The position numbers and the translations under genes were made by a program. The notes beneath the pieces are model-generated. The model was not told the DNA's origin. It saw only the letters and a list, made by a program, of their open reading frames with translations, and ran no database searches. Of a DNA stretch of 32,000 nt, positions 1 through 9,669 are shown piece after piece. This DNA comes from Balneolaceae bacterium (GTDB lineage: Bacteria > Bacteroidota > Rhodothermia > Balneolales > Balneolaceae), in the NCBI GenBank assembly GCA_017640605.1, contig JAEPQH010000020.1:1-32000 (forward strand), in the 5' to 3' direction. The stretch's first letter is position 1. Each line of letters begins with the position of its first letter.

Positions 1-261
1 AGCCGATCAAACGTTGGAAACAACGGGCTAAGAGTTATCCCGAAAAAACTAAGATAGAACCCTAGATGAAAAAGTGTTAACCTTATTCAGTTTTAGTGAT
101 TAAATAAACAAAAAACTGTCAACCTAAATCAGGAAAAGACGGTAATTCGTAATTCCTCCCTCCTCCCTTCACTTCATTTTCACATTGTTGCATTTATTTG
201 ATTTGGTGAAAACCCGTACATTCGGGTTAGAAAATCGTTTCCATGAAAGAAAATCAAAGAT

Positions 262-2406
262 ATGTCGAACGAGAATAACGAAGCCAAAGCAAAATGGGAA
301 GCAACCGCAGAAAAAGCGTTGAAAGGAAAACCCGTTGAGTCGTTAAATCGAATGAGTCCGGAAGGGCTAACTATTCAGGCGCTGTACAATCAGGCTGATT
401 TGGAGCAACGTGGTATCGAAGACAGTTTTCCCGGTCAGTTTCCATTTAAGCGTGGTCCTTATCCAACCATGTACACCCAGCGTCCGTGGACGATCCGCCA
501 GTACGCCGGTTTCTCTACAGCAGAAGAATCGAATCGGTTTTATCGAGCGGCTTTAGAAAAAGGGCAGAAAGGGCTGAGCGTAGCTTTCGATTTAGCAACG
601 CATCGTGGCTTCGACTCTGATCACCCGCGTGTAGTGGGCGACGTTGGTAAAGCCGGCGTGGCCATCGATTCGGTGGAAGACATGAAGATTTTGTTTGATG
701 GTATTCCGCTTGATAAAATGTCGGTTTCTATGACCATGAACGGAGCGGTAATCCCAATCCTCGCAGCATATATTGTTGCAGCAGAAGAACAAGGAGTTGG
801 GAAAGAAGCACTGAGCGGAACCATTCAAAACGATATTCTGAAAGAATTCATGGTTCGAAATACCTACATCTATCCACCACAGGAGTCGATGCGTTTGGTT
901 TCGGATATCATTGAATACGCCAGCAACCACATGCCGAGATTTAACACGATTTCTATTTCGGGCTATCATATGCAGGAAGCTGGTGCAGATTCGGCGCTTG
1001 AGTTAGCGTTTACGTTGGCGGATGGATTGGAATACGTAAAAGCAGCGGTAGATCGAGGACTGGATGTAGATGCTTTTGCTCCACGACTTTCTTTCTTCTT
1101 TGCCATAGGGATGAACTTTTTGATGGAAGTGAGTAAGCTTCGGGCGGCACGCATGCTTTGGGCGGAATTAATGAAAGAACATTTCGATCCAAAAAATGCA
1201 AAGTCGATGATGTTGCGAACGCATTGCCAAACTTCGGGATGGTCGCTTACTGCCCAAGATCCGTTGAATAATGTGATTCGCACCACTATTGAAGCGATGG
1301 CGGCAGTACTGGGTGGTACTCAATCGCTGCATACCAACAGCTACGATGAAGCGATAAGCTTGCCAACCGAAACCTCTTCCCGAATTGCCAGAAATACCCA
1401 AACCATTATCCAGGAAGAAACTGACATTACACACACCGTTGATCCGTTAGGCGGATCGTATGCCATTGAATCAATGACGCACGATTTGAAAGAAAAAGCT
1501 CGCGAAATTATAAACGAAGTGTTTGAAATGGGCGGAATGGCTAAAGCCATCGAGCAGGGTTATCCTAAACGCAAAATTGAAGAAGCTGCAGCCATCAAAC
1601 AAGCCGGAATTGACAAAGGTGATATCACCATAGTTGGGGTAAACAAATACATCAACGACAAAGAAGATCCCGTTGAGATTCTCGACATCGACAATACTGA
1701 AGTTCGTAATAAGCAGATAGCTTTAATCGAAAAAATCAAAAACTCTCGTGATAATGCAGCTGTAAAAGAATCATTAGAACAAATCTTTGAGGCTGCTAAA
1801 AATGGAGAAGGCAATTTGTTGGATTTAGCTGTGGATGCTACTCGTAAAAGAGCTACCGTAGGAGAAATTTCCAGCGCAATGGAGCGTGCTTGGGGTCGCC
1901 ACAAAGCCAACAATCAAACCATAAAAGGAGTGTACGAAAGCGTGTATCAAAACGATGAATCTTATCAGCAGATAAAGAAGAAAATTGATGCATTTGCCAA
2001 AGAAGAAGGGCGTCGCCCAAGAATTTTGGTGGTGAAAATGGGGCAGGATGGTCACGACCGAGGTGCTAAAGTAGTCGCAACTGCATTTGCAGATATGGGG
2101 TTTGATGTGGATGTTGGTCCGCTATTTTCCACACCAGATGAAGCTGCCAAACAAGCTATTGAAAATGATGTGCACGTGATCGGAGTTTCCACCCTAGCTG
2201 CGGGACATAAAACTTTGATCCCCGAACTCATCAAGCTACTAAAGGAAGAAGGTGCAGATGATATAATGATTGTTGCAGGTGGTGTGATTCCTGTTCAGGA
2301 TTATGAGTTCCTATACAATGCCGGTGTGAAAGCTATTTTTGGGCCAGGAACGAATATTCCGAAAGCTGCTTCTGAAGTGATCGACGAAATAAGAGCGATG
2401 AAATAA
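262..2406 (+). CDS. scpA: Methylmalonyl-CoA mutase, single-chain large-subunit type with a C-terminal B12-binding domain
   Basis: 714-aa ORF. The N-terminal mutase barrel region has '[16 protein letters not shown]' and '[11 protein letters not shown]'. The C-terminal cobalamin-binding module has the DxHxxG motif in '[11 protein letters not shown]' and 'GVSTLAAGH'. The stop overlaps the meaB start (TAATG). Confidence 0.93.
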   Translation: MSNENNEAKAKWEATAEKALKGKPVESLNRMSPEGLTIQALYNQADLEQRGIEDSFPGQFPFKRGPYPTMYTQRPWTIRQYAGFSTAEESNRFYRAALEKGQKGLSVAFDLATHRGFDSDHPRVVGDVGKAGVAIDSVEDMKILFDGIPLDKMSVSMTMNGAVIPILAAYIVAAEEQGVGKEALSGTIQNDILKEFMVRNTYIYPPQESMRLVSDIIEYASNHMPRFNTISISGYHMQEAGADSALELAFTLADGLEYVKAAVDRGLDVDAFAPRLSFFFAIGMNFLMEVSKLRAARMLWAELMKEHFDPKNAKSMMLRTHCQTSGWSLTAQDPLNNVIRTTIEAMAAVLGGTQSLHTNSYDEAISLPTETSSRIARNTQTIIQEETDITHTVDPLGGSYAIESMTHDLKEKAREIINEVFEMGGMAKAIEQGYPKRKIEEAAAIKQAGIDKGDITIVGVNKYINDKEDPVEILDIDNTEVRNKQIALIEKIKNSRDNAAVKESLEQIFEAAKNGEGNLLDLAVDATRKRATVGEISSAMERAWGRHKANNQTIKGVYESVYQNDESYQQIKKKIDAFAKEEGRRPRILVVKMGQDGHDRGAKVVATAFADMGFDVDVGPLFSTPDEAAKQAIENDVHVIGVSTLAAGHKTLIPELIKLLKEEGADDIMIVAGGVIPVQDYEFLYNAGVKAIFGPGTNIPKAASEVIDEIRAMK

Positions 2407-3371
2407 TGACGATAGCCCAGCTGGCAGAAGGCATATCATCCGGAAAAAGGCGCCCCTTGGCCAAAGCAATTACTTTGATTGAGAGTAATAGGGAAGATGA
2501 CCAAAAAAAAGCGGCCGAATTGCTTAGCACACTTCCAAAGCGAGATGATACGCTGCGATTAGGAATTTCGGGGGTTCCAGGCGTTGGTAAAAGTACCTTT
2601 ATCGAAGCGCTGGGAAATTTACTGATTAATCAAGGTCATAGAGTTGCGGTGTTAGCGGTTGATCCAAGCAGCCCAACTACCGGTGGTAGTATTTTGGGTG
2701 ATAAAACCCGAATGGAGGAGCTTTCAGGGAAAGAAGAAGCGTTTATTCGACCTTCGCCAACAGCAGGTACGTTAGGAGGAGTTGCTAAAAAAACACGAGA
2801 GTCTATTCGTTTATGTGAAGCCGCTGGATATGATATCATTTTAGTGGAAACGGTTGGGGTAGGGCAAAGTGAGTTTGAAGTGGCGTCGATGGTAGACTGT
2901 TTTTTGGTGTTGATGTTGCCCGGAGCCGGAGATTCACTACAAGGGATAAAACGTGGGATATTAGAAATCACCGATGTTCTGGTAATAAACAAAGCAGATG
3001 GCGATCAGAAGAAATTAGCAGAAATGGCAAAATCAGAATACAAACATGCATTTCACATGTTGGCGCCAAAATATCCTGGTACAGAAGCTGCTATTTTAAC
3101 CATCAGTGCGCTTCAGAAATCAGGCATTGAAGAAGTTTGGGAAGCTGTGAATACCTTTAAGCAGCATTTATTGGGTAACGACTTATTCATCAAAAACCGA
3201 AATAAACAAGAGTTAAACTGGTTTAAGCGCTTAGTTGAGGATGAACTGCTACATAAAGTGTGGAATCAAAAAAGCACGCAAAAATTTGTGAACGAATTGA
3301 AGCAAAGCATGTTGGCCGGCGAGTTAAGCCCAACTGAGGCTGCCCGGCGTATGATGGATGAAATAAGCTAA
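2406..3371 (+). CDS. meaB: Methylmalonyl-CoA mutase-associated G-protein chaperone (MeaB/ArgK family)
   Basis: 321 aa. Walker A 'GVPGVGKST', 'ETVGVGQSE' and the G4 motif 'NKADG'. Sits immediately downstream of the mutase and is translationally coupled to it. Confidence 0.9.
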   Translation: MTIAQLAEGISSGKRRPLAKAITLIESNREDDQKKAAELLSTLPKRDDTLRLGISGVPGVGKSTFIEALGNLLINQGHRVAVLAVDPSSPTTGGSILGDKTRMEELSGKEEAFIRPSPTAGTLGGVAKKTRESIRLCEAAGYDIILVETVGVGQSEFEVASMVDCFLVLMLPGAGDSLQGIKRGILEITDVLVINKADGDQKKLAEMAKSEYKHAFHMLAPKYPGTEAAILTISALQKSGIEEVWEAVNTFKQHLLGNDLFIKNRNKQELNWFKRLVEDELLHKVWNQKSTQKFVNELKQSMLAGELSPTEAARRMMDEIS

Positions 3372-3498
3372 CTTCAATAGGATAATTACTTACGAAGTTT
3401 ACGGTTAGTTTTTTTTCAGAAATCGTCTTTTTAATAGTAAAAAAGCGCTTACAATTGTATCTTTGCTTCGCAAAAAAAGAGAATGATTTAAAAAAGTG

Positions 3499-4662
3499 AT
3501 GAATCAAATCGAAAACGCTATTCCTCCTTTAACACAGCTCACAGAAGATGAGCAAATGCTGAGAGACGCCGCCGCAGATTTTGCAAAAAGCTCAATTGGT
3601 CCATTGGTGAATGAGATGGATGAGCAGGCTAAATTAAACCCGGGTCTTGTAAAAGAGTTTTTTGAAATGGGTTTGATGGGGATTGATATCCCTGAAAAAT
3701 ATTCCGGCGGTGGCGGTACATTTATGATGAGTATTGTTGCGATCGAGCAAATTTCTCGGGTGGATGCTTCTGCAGGTGTGTTTATGGATGTGCAAAATAC
3801 TTTGGTGAATAATGCATTTATCAACTTTGGTTCCGACTTTTTGAAGGATAAGTATTTACCTCAATTGGCTACCGAAAAAGTAGGGGCGTACTGTTTATCG
3901 GAAGCCGGTTCGGGAAGTGATGCCTTTGCGCTAAAATGTTCGGCCAAAGAAGAGGACGATCATTTTGTGTTAAATGGCGCAAAATTGTGGATTACCAACG
4001 CAAATGAAGCAGATATCTTCTTAGTGTTTGCAAACGTGAATCCGGAACTTGGATATAAAGGTATTACCGCTTTTGTAGTAGAGCGTGGATTTGAAGGATT
4101 TTCGGTATCCAAAAAAGAAGATAAGATGGGAATCCGCGCAAGTTCTACCTGCGAAATTCTATTGGAAGATTGTAAAGTGCCAAAAGACAATATTCTAGGT
4201 GAATACGGTAAAGGGTATAAAGTAGCCATCGAAACATTGAACGAAGGACGTATTGGAATCGGTGCTCAGATGGTTGGTATTGCACAAGGTGCTTTTGACG
4301 CAGCTTTGGAATACATCAAACAAAGAAAACAATTTGGAAAAGCCATTTCTGAATTCCAGGGCATCCAATTTCAATTAGCGCGAATGGCTACTGATATCGA
4401 AACAGCTCGATTATTGGTGTATAACGCCGCGCGCATGAAAATGGCCGGGCAACCCTTTCTAAAAGAAGCTGCCATGGCGAAGTTTTATTCGTCGGAAGTA
4501 GCTGAACGTGTCGCTTCCATGTCGATTGATCTATTTGGCGGAAACGGGTACGTAAAAGAATATCCTGTTGAGAAGTTTTACCGTGATGCAAAGATCGGTA
4601 AGATTTACGAGGGTACAACGAACATGCAACTAAGCACCATTGCTAAGTTGCTACTTCGATGA
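3499..4662 (+). CDS. Acyl-CoA dehydrogenase (short/branched-chain type)
   Basis: About 387 aa. 'CLSEAGSGSD', 'KLWITN', and the C-terminal 'IYEGTTNMQ' holding the usual catalytic Glu position. The ORF track starts at GTG 3496; the ATG at 3499 is preferred. Confidence 0.9.
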   Translation: MNQIENAIPPLTQLTEDEQMLRDAAADFAKSSIGPLVNEMDEQAKLNPGLVKEFFEMGLMGIDIPEKYSGGGGTFMMSIVAIEQISRVDASAGVFMDVQNTLVNNAFINFGSDFLKDKYLPQLATEKVGAYCLSEAGSGSDAFALKCSAKEEDDHFVLNGAKLWITNANEADIFLVFANVNPELGYKGITAFVVERGFEGFSVSKKEDKMGIRASSTCEILLEDCKVPKDNILGEYGKGYKVAIETLNEGRIGIGAQMVGIAQGAFDAALEYIKQRKQFGKAISEFQGIQFQLARMATDIETARLLVYNAARMKMAGQPFLKEAAMAKFYSSEVAERVASMSIDLFGGNGYVKEYPVEKFYRDAKIGKIYEGTTNMQLSTIAKLLLR

Positions 4663-4674
4663 GTGAGTGAGGAA

Positions 4675-4700
4675 GGGGGGCTTCGGTCCCCCTTTTTATT
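4675..4700. terminator. Bidirectional intrinsic terminator between convergent genes
   Basis: GGGGGGC-TTCG-GTCCCCC hairpin (7 bp including one G-U pair, UUCG-type tetraloop) followed by TTTTTATTT. It lies between the stop at 4662 (+) and the stop at 4701 (-). Confidence 0.75.
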
Positions 4701-5441
4701 TTACAGCGATTTAGCACATCTAAAACCGATATCGGTAGCAGTAACATCTCTCAATGTTCCTACCCTCCAGTAAGTTCGGGTTGCCATTTCTTCTTCACCA
4801 AAACTACCACCTCGGATAATTCGAATTCCATCGGCATCATTATCATGTAATTGATCGGGTAAGCTGTAAAATTGGTAAAACTCATCAATCCACTCAAATA
4901 CATTTCCGCTCATATCATAAAGTCCTAAATCGTTAGGCTTTTTTGTGCCCACCATAAAACTGAAATTGATGCCTGAGCTTCGAACAATGGCATAATCTTT
5001 TAAATGAGATAAGCTATCAGACCCAGAGATAACATGCTCTTTGCCGCCTGATCGAGCAGCATATTCCCACTCAGCTTCTGAAGGCAATCGATAGCCTAAA
5101 CTTTTACAGAACGCCATGGCATCGTCCCAGGTAACATTTACTACGGCTCGATTCTCTCTGCCATATCGACCATCATCCGGTAATTCTCTTCCCGTTTTAC
5201 TGGCGAACTGATCGTATTGGGCGTAAGTCACTTCATATTTCCCGAGCAAAAAAGGGTCTACTTGAACTTCATGAATTGGTAAGGCATCAGAATTTGCACG
5301 CTCATAAAAGTCGCCGATTAAAAAAGTTCCACCTTCTACCGTAACCATTTCTGGCGCATATGGTTTTACGGTTTTCTTAAAAATCGAACAGTTTGTTGTT
5401 AAAAAGGCTGTTAATACAAGCAAAATGCCTTGTTTTGTCAT
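4701..5441 (-). CDS. FGE/SUMF1-domain (formylglycine-generating-enzyme family) secreted protein, probable lipoprotein
   Basis: 246 aa. N-terminal signal 'ILLVLTAFLTTNC'. FGE-sulfatase-domain hallmarks: 'VTVEGGTFLIG', 'YRLPSEAEWEYAARSGG', 'GNVFEWI', 'RGGSF' and the C-terminal 'GFRCA'. Confidence 0.85.
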   Translation of the reverse strand: MTKQGILLVLTAFLTTNCSIFKKTVKPYAPEMVTVEGGTFLIGDFYERANSDALPIHEVQVDPFLLGKYEVTYAQYDQFASKTGRELPDDGRYGRENRAVVNVTWDDAMAFCKSLGYRLPSEAEWEYAARSGGKEHVISGSDSLSHLKDYAIVRSSGINFSFMVGTKKPNDLGLYDMSGNVFEWIDEFYQFYSLPDQLHDNDADGIRIIRGGSFGEEEMATRTYWRVGTLRDVTATDIGFRCAKSL

Positions 5442-5561
5442 AGAACTGAATAATTTTTAGAAAGTTGAGTATTTGCGGGAATGATAAGTACTTTGCCCAA
5501 GTTTAAGAACGATAGACTACAGATATTTTAGGTAATTAAGACAAATACTAAGTGGCGAAGA

Positions 5562-6443
5562 ATGAGTAACGAACAACAGAAAATTCTAGAACAGCTTAAA
5601 GCGAATGCGAAAGACGCTGAATCATTTAAGCATCTTGAGCAGCTTTTTGGTGATCTTTACAAGAAATACTCTCAAGCAAAAGAGCATGTAGATTTACTTG
5701 AGAGCGCGATCAGAAATGATTACGATTCTATTGTGATTACAGAGCTAAATCTTGAGCGTCCAGGCCCAAAAATTGTATATGTTAATGATGGTTGGACCCG
5801 AATGACTGGATATTCGAAAGAAGAATCCATCGGTAACACGCCTCGAATGCTACAGGGTGAGAAAACAGACCGGGCTATTTTAGATCGTTTGAAGCGTAGG
5901 CTAATTGAAGGACAAGCATTTTTTGGCCACACGATTAATTACCGAAAAGATGGTTCCGAATTTATCAATCAATGGGATATTCATCCGCTCATAAATGCTG
6001 AGGGTGAAGTAACTCACTGGGTATCTTATCAACGGGATGTTACTGAGAAGAAAGAGACCGCTAAGGCAATCTTCAACACCGATTTTGATGACTTGTTGAA
6101 ACGAAGAGAGGAGTTTACCATCAAATTTGAAAAATCTGCTCCACAAGGTGAAATCAGTTGCAAATTCATTACCGAAGCTTTTGAGGAAATAACAGGTTTA
6201 AGTAAAAACGAAGTATTTGACAAAGGTTTGGCTTCAGTAATACACAGCGAAGATTACAGTCAAATTAAAGAGGCACTGGAAAATGCCTTTGCCGGAGAGC
6301 AATCAGCGCAGCTCTGCAGATACAGAACTTCTGCCGGTGGCTATGTAGATATGCTACAATCCTTCAAGCCGGTAAAAGATGAATCTAATGGCGCTATACG
6401 AAGCGTAAAATCTGTGGTAAAACTCGAATTAAAAGAGAGCTGA
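5562..6443 (+). CDS. Stand-alone sensor protein: N-terminal helix, LOV-like PAS domain (Cys-less), second PAS domain, no output domain
   Basis: 293 aa. 'IVITE...PKIVYVNDGWTRMTGYSKEESIGNTPRMLQGEKTDR...INYRKDGSEFINQW...YQRDVT' aligns by eye along the whole length of a LOV domain. Confidence 0.8.
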   Translation: MSNEQQKILEQLKANAKDAESFKHLEQLFGDLYKKYSQAKEHVDLLESAIRNDYDSIVITELNLERPGPKIVYVNDGWTRMTGYSKEESIGNTPRMLQGEKTDRAILDRLKRRLIEGQAFFGHTINYRKDGSEFINQWDIHPLINAEGEVTHWVSYQRDVTEKKETAKAIFNTDFDDLLKRREEFTIKFEKSAPQGEISCKFITEAFEEITGLSKNEVFDKGLASVIHSEDYSQIKEALENAFAGEQSAQLCRYRTSAGGYVDMLQSFKPVKDESNGAIRSVKSVVKLELKES

Positions 6444-6464
6444 TCCACATTTGATCATAATTTT

Positions 6465-6491
6465 AAAAGCTCACTTAGGTGGGCTTTTTTT
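6465..6491 (+). terminator. Rho-independent terminator downstream of the PAS gene
   Basis: AGCTCAC-TTAG-GTGGGCT stem (7 bp, one G-U pair) followed by a run of 7 T. Confidence 0.7.
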
Positions 6492-6527
6492 ATATTCTGA
6501 AACATAGTTTCTGACTAACTTAATGCC

Positions 6528-6953
6528 ATGACAATCAACGACATTCAACAACGTATCATCAAAGAATTCAGCTTATTTCAAGATTGGACCGACAAGTATA
6601 AGCACATTATAAAGCTGGGAAGTAAGTTAGAACCATTACCGGAAGAAGATCATAAAGATGAAAACTTGGTAAAGGGATGTCAGAGTCAGGTTTGGTTAAC
6701 TGCTCAACTTGACGAAGATACGGTAGTATTTAAGGCTGATAGTGATGCTGCAATAACTAAAGGATTGGTAGCCTTGATGATTCGAGTATATTCGGGACAA
6801 ACACCGGACGAGATAATTGCCCATAATCCGGATTTTTTGAAACAAATAGGGCTGGCTGAACATCTTTCACCTACACGTGCTAATGGTTTAGCAAGCATGG
6901 TAAAGCAAATGAAAATTTATGCCATGGCTTTTAAATCAAAACTCGTTAGCTAG
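6528..6953 (+). CDS. sufE: SufE-family sulfur acceptor protein
   Basis: 141 aa. The conserved persulfide-accepting Cys sits in the typical context 'VKGCQSQVWL', and the size is typical of SufE/CsdE. Confidence 0.85.
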   Translation: MTINDIQQRIIKEFSLFQDWTDKYKHIIKLGSKLEPLPEEDHKDENLVKGCQSQVWLTAQLDEDTVVFKADSDAAITKGLVALMIRVYSGQTPDEIIAHNPDFLKQIGLAEHLSPTRANGLASMVKQMKIYAMAFKSKLVS

Positions 6954-6995
6954 GTTTCTGAAATTTTTATAATATCGCATCCATAAGGGGACACC

Positions 6996-8834
6996 ATGGA
7001 TCAAAAATTTTCACTTACTGGGATGGGGTCGGTAAAAAAAGATCGACAGTTTTTTGTAGACCCTCTCGAAGAAATTGAGCAACCCGGCATTAAGATAATG
7101 AACCGGGTATCATTTTTTCTGCTACTGGTTTGTGTTGTCTTCTTAATCCCCTTCCATTTTAATGAGTCGGTTTCATTAACCTGGTTTTTCTTATCCGAAG
7201 CACTCGCCTTTGGCTTAATTCCGATACTTGCTCGGCAAGGCTATGTGAATACAGCAAAAATGCTACACATCATTTATATCGATGTTGGCATCATTGTACT
7301 AAGTTCGGTTTTTGGTAGCGAGGCACTCATTCAGGCGTTTTTTATCCCAACTATGGGACTTTCAATTCTTCTTTTCGATACGAAGAATATCAAACTGCGA
7401 AACTTGTCGATTTTTATATCCATTCTATCCTATATCGTTCTGGATTATGTGATTTTCGATCAGGTGGCTATTTCTGAGGATGGGTACAATATCATCAGAT
7501 GGAGTGTGCTAACAGCCGCTTTTGTTACCACATGGCTAATTTTTAATACCTTTGCTGAATTCAAAGAAAGTGCAGAAAGTAAAACTTCAGAGCTACTTCA
7601 AAAAGAAATCGAACTAAACAAGCAGCTTGGAATAAATCAACGAAAATTAGAGAAATACATCGCTGAGTTGGAAGAAGCTCGAAAGCAATTGGAGCATAAT
7701 ACCAAGGCGAAGTCGGCATTTCTTGCAACGATGAGTCATGAAATTCGCACTCCTATGAATGCCATTATGGGGATGACTCACATGCTGCAAAAAGACAAGC
7801 CAAGAGAGGATCAACTGGAGCCACTAAACATTCTTGATTTCTCCGGGAAAACATTAATGACTCTTATCGATGATGTGCTTGATTTCTCCAAAATTGAAGC
7901 GGGAAGAATCGAATTTGAACGCACTGAGTTCGATCTAGAACAACTAATTGGTGCTATAATTGAATCGTTTAAAGCCGCAGCTGCTAATAAAGGCATTGAT
8001 CTACAAAGTGATATAGATGAGGAAATTCATAATGTATTGATTGGTGATCCGGCGCGGTTAACTCAGATCATTAATAATTTGGTTAGTAATGCCATCAAAT
8101 TTACGGAAGAAGGTAGTGTTCATTTAAGTGTGAATAAACGCATCGAAACCAACGAGAATATTGTAGTTGCCTTTATTGTAGCAGATACCGGTATAGGTAT
8201 CCCAGCCGATCGAGTAGATACCATATTTGATAGCTTCACTCAAGCTAGCGGCAGTACCAAACGCTTGTATGGTGGAACCGGACTTGGACTAACCATCAGC
8301 AAAGAGCTAACCGAACTTCAGGGCGGAGAGCTGCATCTGGAAACTGAAGAAGGAAAAGGAACTAAATTTACAGTTACACTTACTTTCGAAAAAGGAAAAG
8401 TTGATGCGTTTGACAGTACACAATCTAAGCAAGTAGTTGACTCTAATATTGATACTATTCGAGGTTCGTATGTGCTATTAGCCGAAGACAATATCGTAAA
8501 TCAAAAAGTGATGCAGCGTTTTCTCGAACGTTGGGATATCAAGCTAAAGATCGTTGATAATGGAGAAGATGCCGTTGAAGCGGTAAAGAACGAACAGTTT
8601 GATTTGATTTTAATGGATTTGCAAATGCCGGTAATGGACGGCTATGAAGCCACATCGAATATTCGCGAAATTGAAGACCCTGCAAAAAGTACCATACCTA
8701 TAATTGCACTTACAGCAGCGGCTCTAAAGGAAGTTAAAGAACAAGTTTATGATTGTGGGATGGATGATTTTGTAACCAAACCCTTCGATCCAGAAGACTT
8801 GCAACGTGCGATGGTGGCACTAATTAAACGCTAA
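6996..8834 (+). CDS. Hybrid sensor histidine kinase / response regulator with a multi-TM N-terminal sensor region
   Basis: 612 aa. About 5-6 hydrophobic helices, a coiled coil, H-box 'SHEIRTPMN', N box 'NLVSNAIKFT', G boxes 'DTGIGI' and 'GGTGLGL', and a receiver domain 'DLILMDLQMPVMDG...VTKPF'. Confidence 0.92.
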   Translation: MDQKFSLTGMGSVKKDRQFFVDPLEEIEQPGIKIMNRVSFFLLLVCVVFLIPFHFNESVSLTWFFLSEALAFGLIPILARQGYVNTAKMLHIIYIDVGIIVLSSVFGSEALIQAFFIPTMGLSILLFDTKNIKLRNLSIFISILSYIVLDYVIFDQVAISEDGYNIIRWSVLTAAFVTTWLIFNTFAEFKESAESKTSELLQKEIELNKQLGINQRKLEKYIAELEEARKQLEHNTKAKSAFLATMSHEIRTPMNAIMGMTHMLQKDKPREDQLEPLNILDFSGKTLMTLIDDVLDFSKIEAGRIEFERTEFDLEQLIGAIIESFKAAAANKGIDLQSDIDEEIHNVLIGDPARLTQIINNLVSNAIKFTEEGSVHLSVNKRIETNENIVVAFIVADTGIGIPADRVDTIFDSFTQASGSTKRLYGGTGLGLTISKELTELQGGELHLETEEGKGTKFTVTLTFEKGKVDAFDSTQSKQVVDSNIDTIRGSYVLLAEDNIVNQKVMQRFLERWDIKLKIVDNGEDAVEAVKNEQFDLILMDLQMPVMDGYEATSNIREIEDPAKSTIPIIALTAAALKEVKEQVYDCGMDDFVTKPFDPEDLQRAMVALIKR

Positions 8835-9245
8835 GTCTTGTTTCTTTAAATAATACGTGGTGTAGCCGGGTGGCAAATCTTTAATTTCACCACAAATTTG
8901 ATACCCCATCTTTTGATAAAAAACCGGAGCCTGAAAACTTGCTGTACTCACATAATAAGCAAAGATATCTCGGGCATTAGCCTCTTTTTCTATGGCTTGC
9001 ATCAGCGTTTTACCTAATCCAGCTTGGCGATATTCAGGGTGCACCCACAGTAAATCTATATACAACCACTGCCAAGCAATTTTTCCATAAATACCACCAA
9101 TCAGTTCTTTGTGCTTGTTTTCGGCTTTTATATAAATTTGATGATAAGTGGATAAGCCCGTCACCGACTGGTTAAAAGCCCGCAGGGCCGCCCGTAATTG
9201 ATCAAGGTCATCGGTCGTAGGCTGGTCAGTAGTGTGTATGGTCAT
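8820..9245 (-). CDS. GNAT-family N-acetyltransferase
   Basis: 141 aa. The acetyl-CoA binding motif A RxxGxG is present as 'RQAGLGKTL'. Confidence 0.8.
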   Translation of the reverse strand: MTIHTTDQPTTDDLDQLRAALRAFNQSVTGLSTYHQIYIKAENKHKELIGGIYGKIAWQWLYIDLLWVHPEYRQAGLGKTLMQAIEKEANARDIFAYYVSTASFQAPVFYQKMGYQICGEIKDLPPGYTTYYLKKQDLAFN

Positions 9246-9327
9246 ACTTTGGTTTTTAATTTGATGTCCCGTTTTTGTTCATTCAATTGTAATAGCAGTG
9301 AACGTTAATTTAAAATTTGGTGAAAGC

Positions 9328-9669
9328 ATGAATAAATATATGCTCATATTATTTGAATCCTCAGAAAATTATGCCTCCATGACCCCTCAGGAGTATCAGA
9401 ACGAAATAAATGAACACGCAAAATGGATAACCGAGTTAGGGGAACGTTATCATTCAGGGGAACCGCTGGAAAATGAATCATACTCGATACGTGGGAAAGA
9501 TAAGATTGTAACCGATGGACCTTTTATTGAAGCGAAAGAATTGGTGAGTGGTTTTTACATAATACATGCAAATAACTTAGAAGAAGCCACTGAACTTTCG
9601 AAAGGCTGCCCAATTCTGCGATTAGGTGGTTCTGTTGAAGTGCGGCCTGTAATGCACTTTGAGATGTAA
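9328..9669 (+). CDS. YciI-like / DGPF-domain protein
   Basis: About 113 aa counted from ATG 9328 ('MNKYMLILFE', a typical YciI-family N-terminus; the track ORF starts at GTG 9298). Contains the 'DGPF' motif ('VTDGPFIEAKE'). The stop overlaps the sigma-factor start (TAATG). Confidence 0.8.
   Translation: MNKYMLILFESSENYASMTPQEYQNEINEHAKWITELGERYHSGEPLENESYSIRGKDKIVTDGPFIEAKELVSGFYIIHANNLEEATELSKGCPILRLGGSVEVRPVMHFEM

Noticed and set aside
1-60. A possible 3' end of an upstream gene.
   Set aside because: All three forward frames reach a stop within 65 nt, and the fragment is too short to identify a product or strand.
58-261. A possible cobalamin riboswitch or other leader upstream of the B12-dependent mutase.
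   Set aside because: No B12-box-like core (GCCACTG-type) and no extended conserved pairing was visible. The region shows only an A/T-rich spacer and a polypyrimidine run (155-175).
592-2530. Many 60-139-aa ORFs antisense to, or out of frame with, the mutase and meaB genes. The same occurs inside most other large genes (for example 3504-3824, 5720-6223, 13386-13679, 15898-16248, 27591-29613, 29977-30984).
   Set aside because: They lie entirely within long ORFs that have clear family signatures. Their products are low-complexity or Cys/Ser/Arg-rich, as is typical of shadow frames.
3458-3465. A Bacteroidota-type -7 promoter box (TAnnTTTG, here TATCTTTG) upstream of the acyl-CoA dehydrogenase gene.
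   Set aside because: It is a single 8-mer match with no convincing -33 element. The same motif is absent upstream of the other genes I checked, so it is not reported as a feature.
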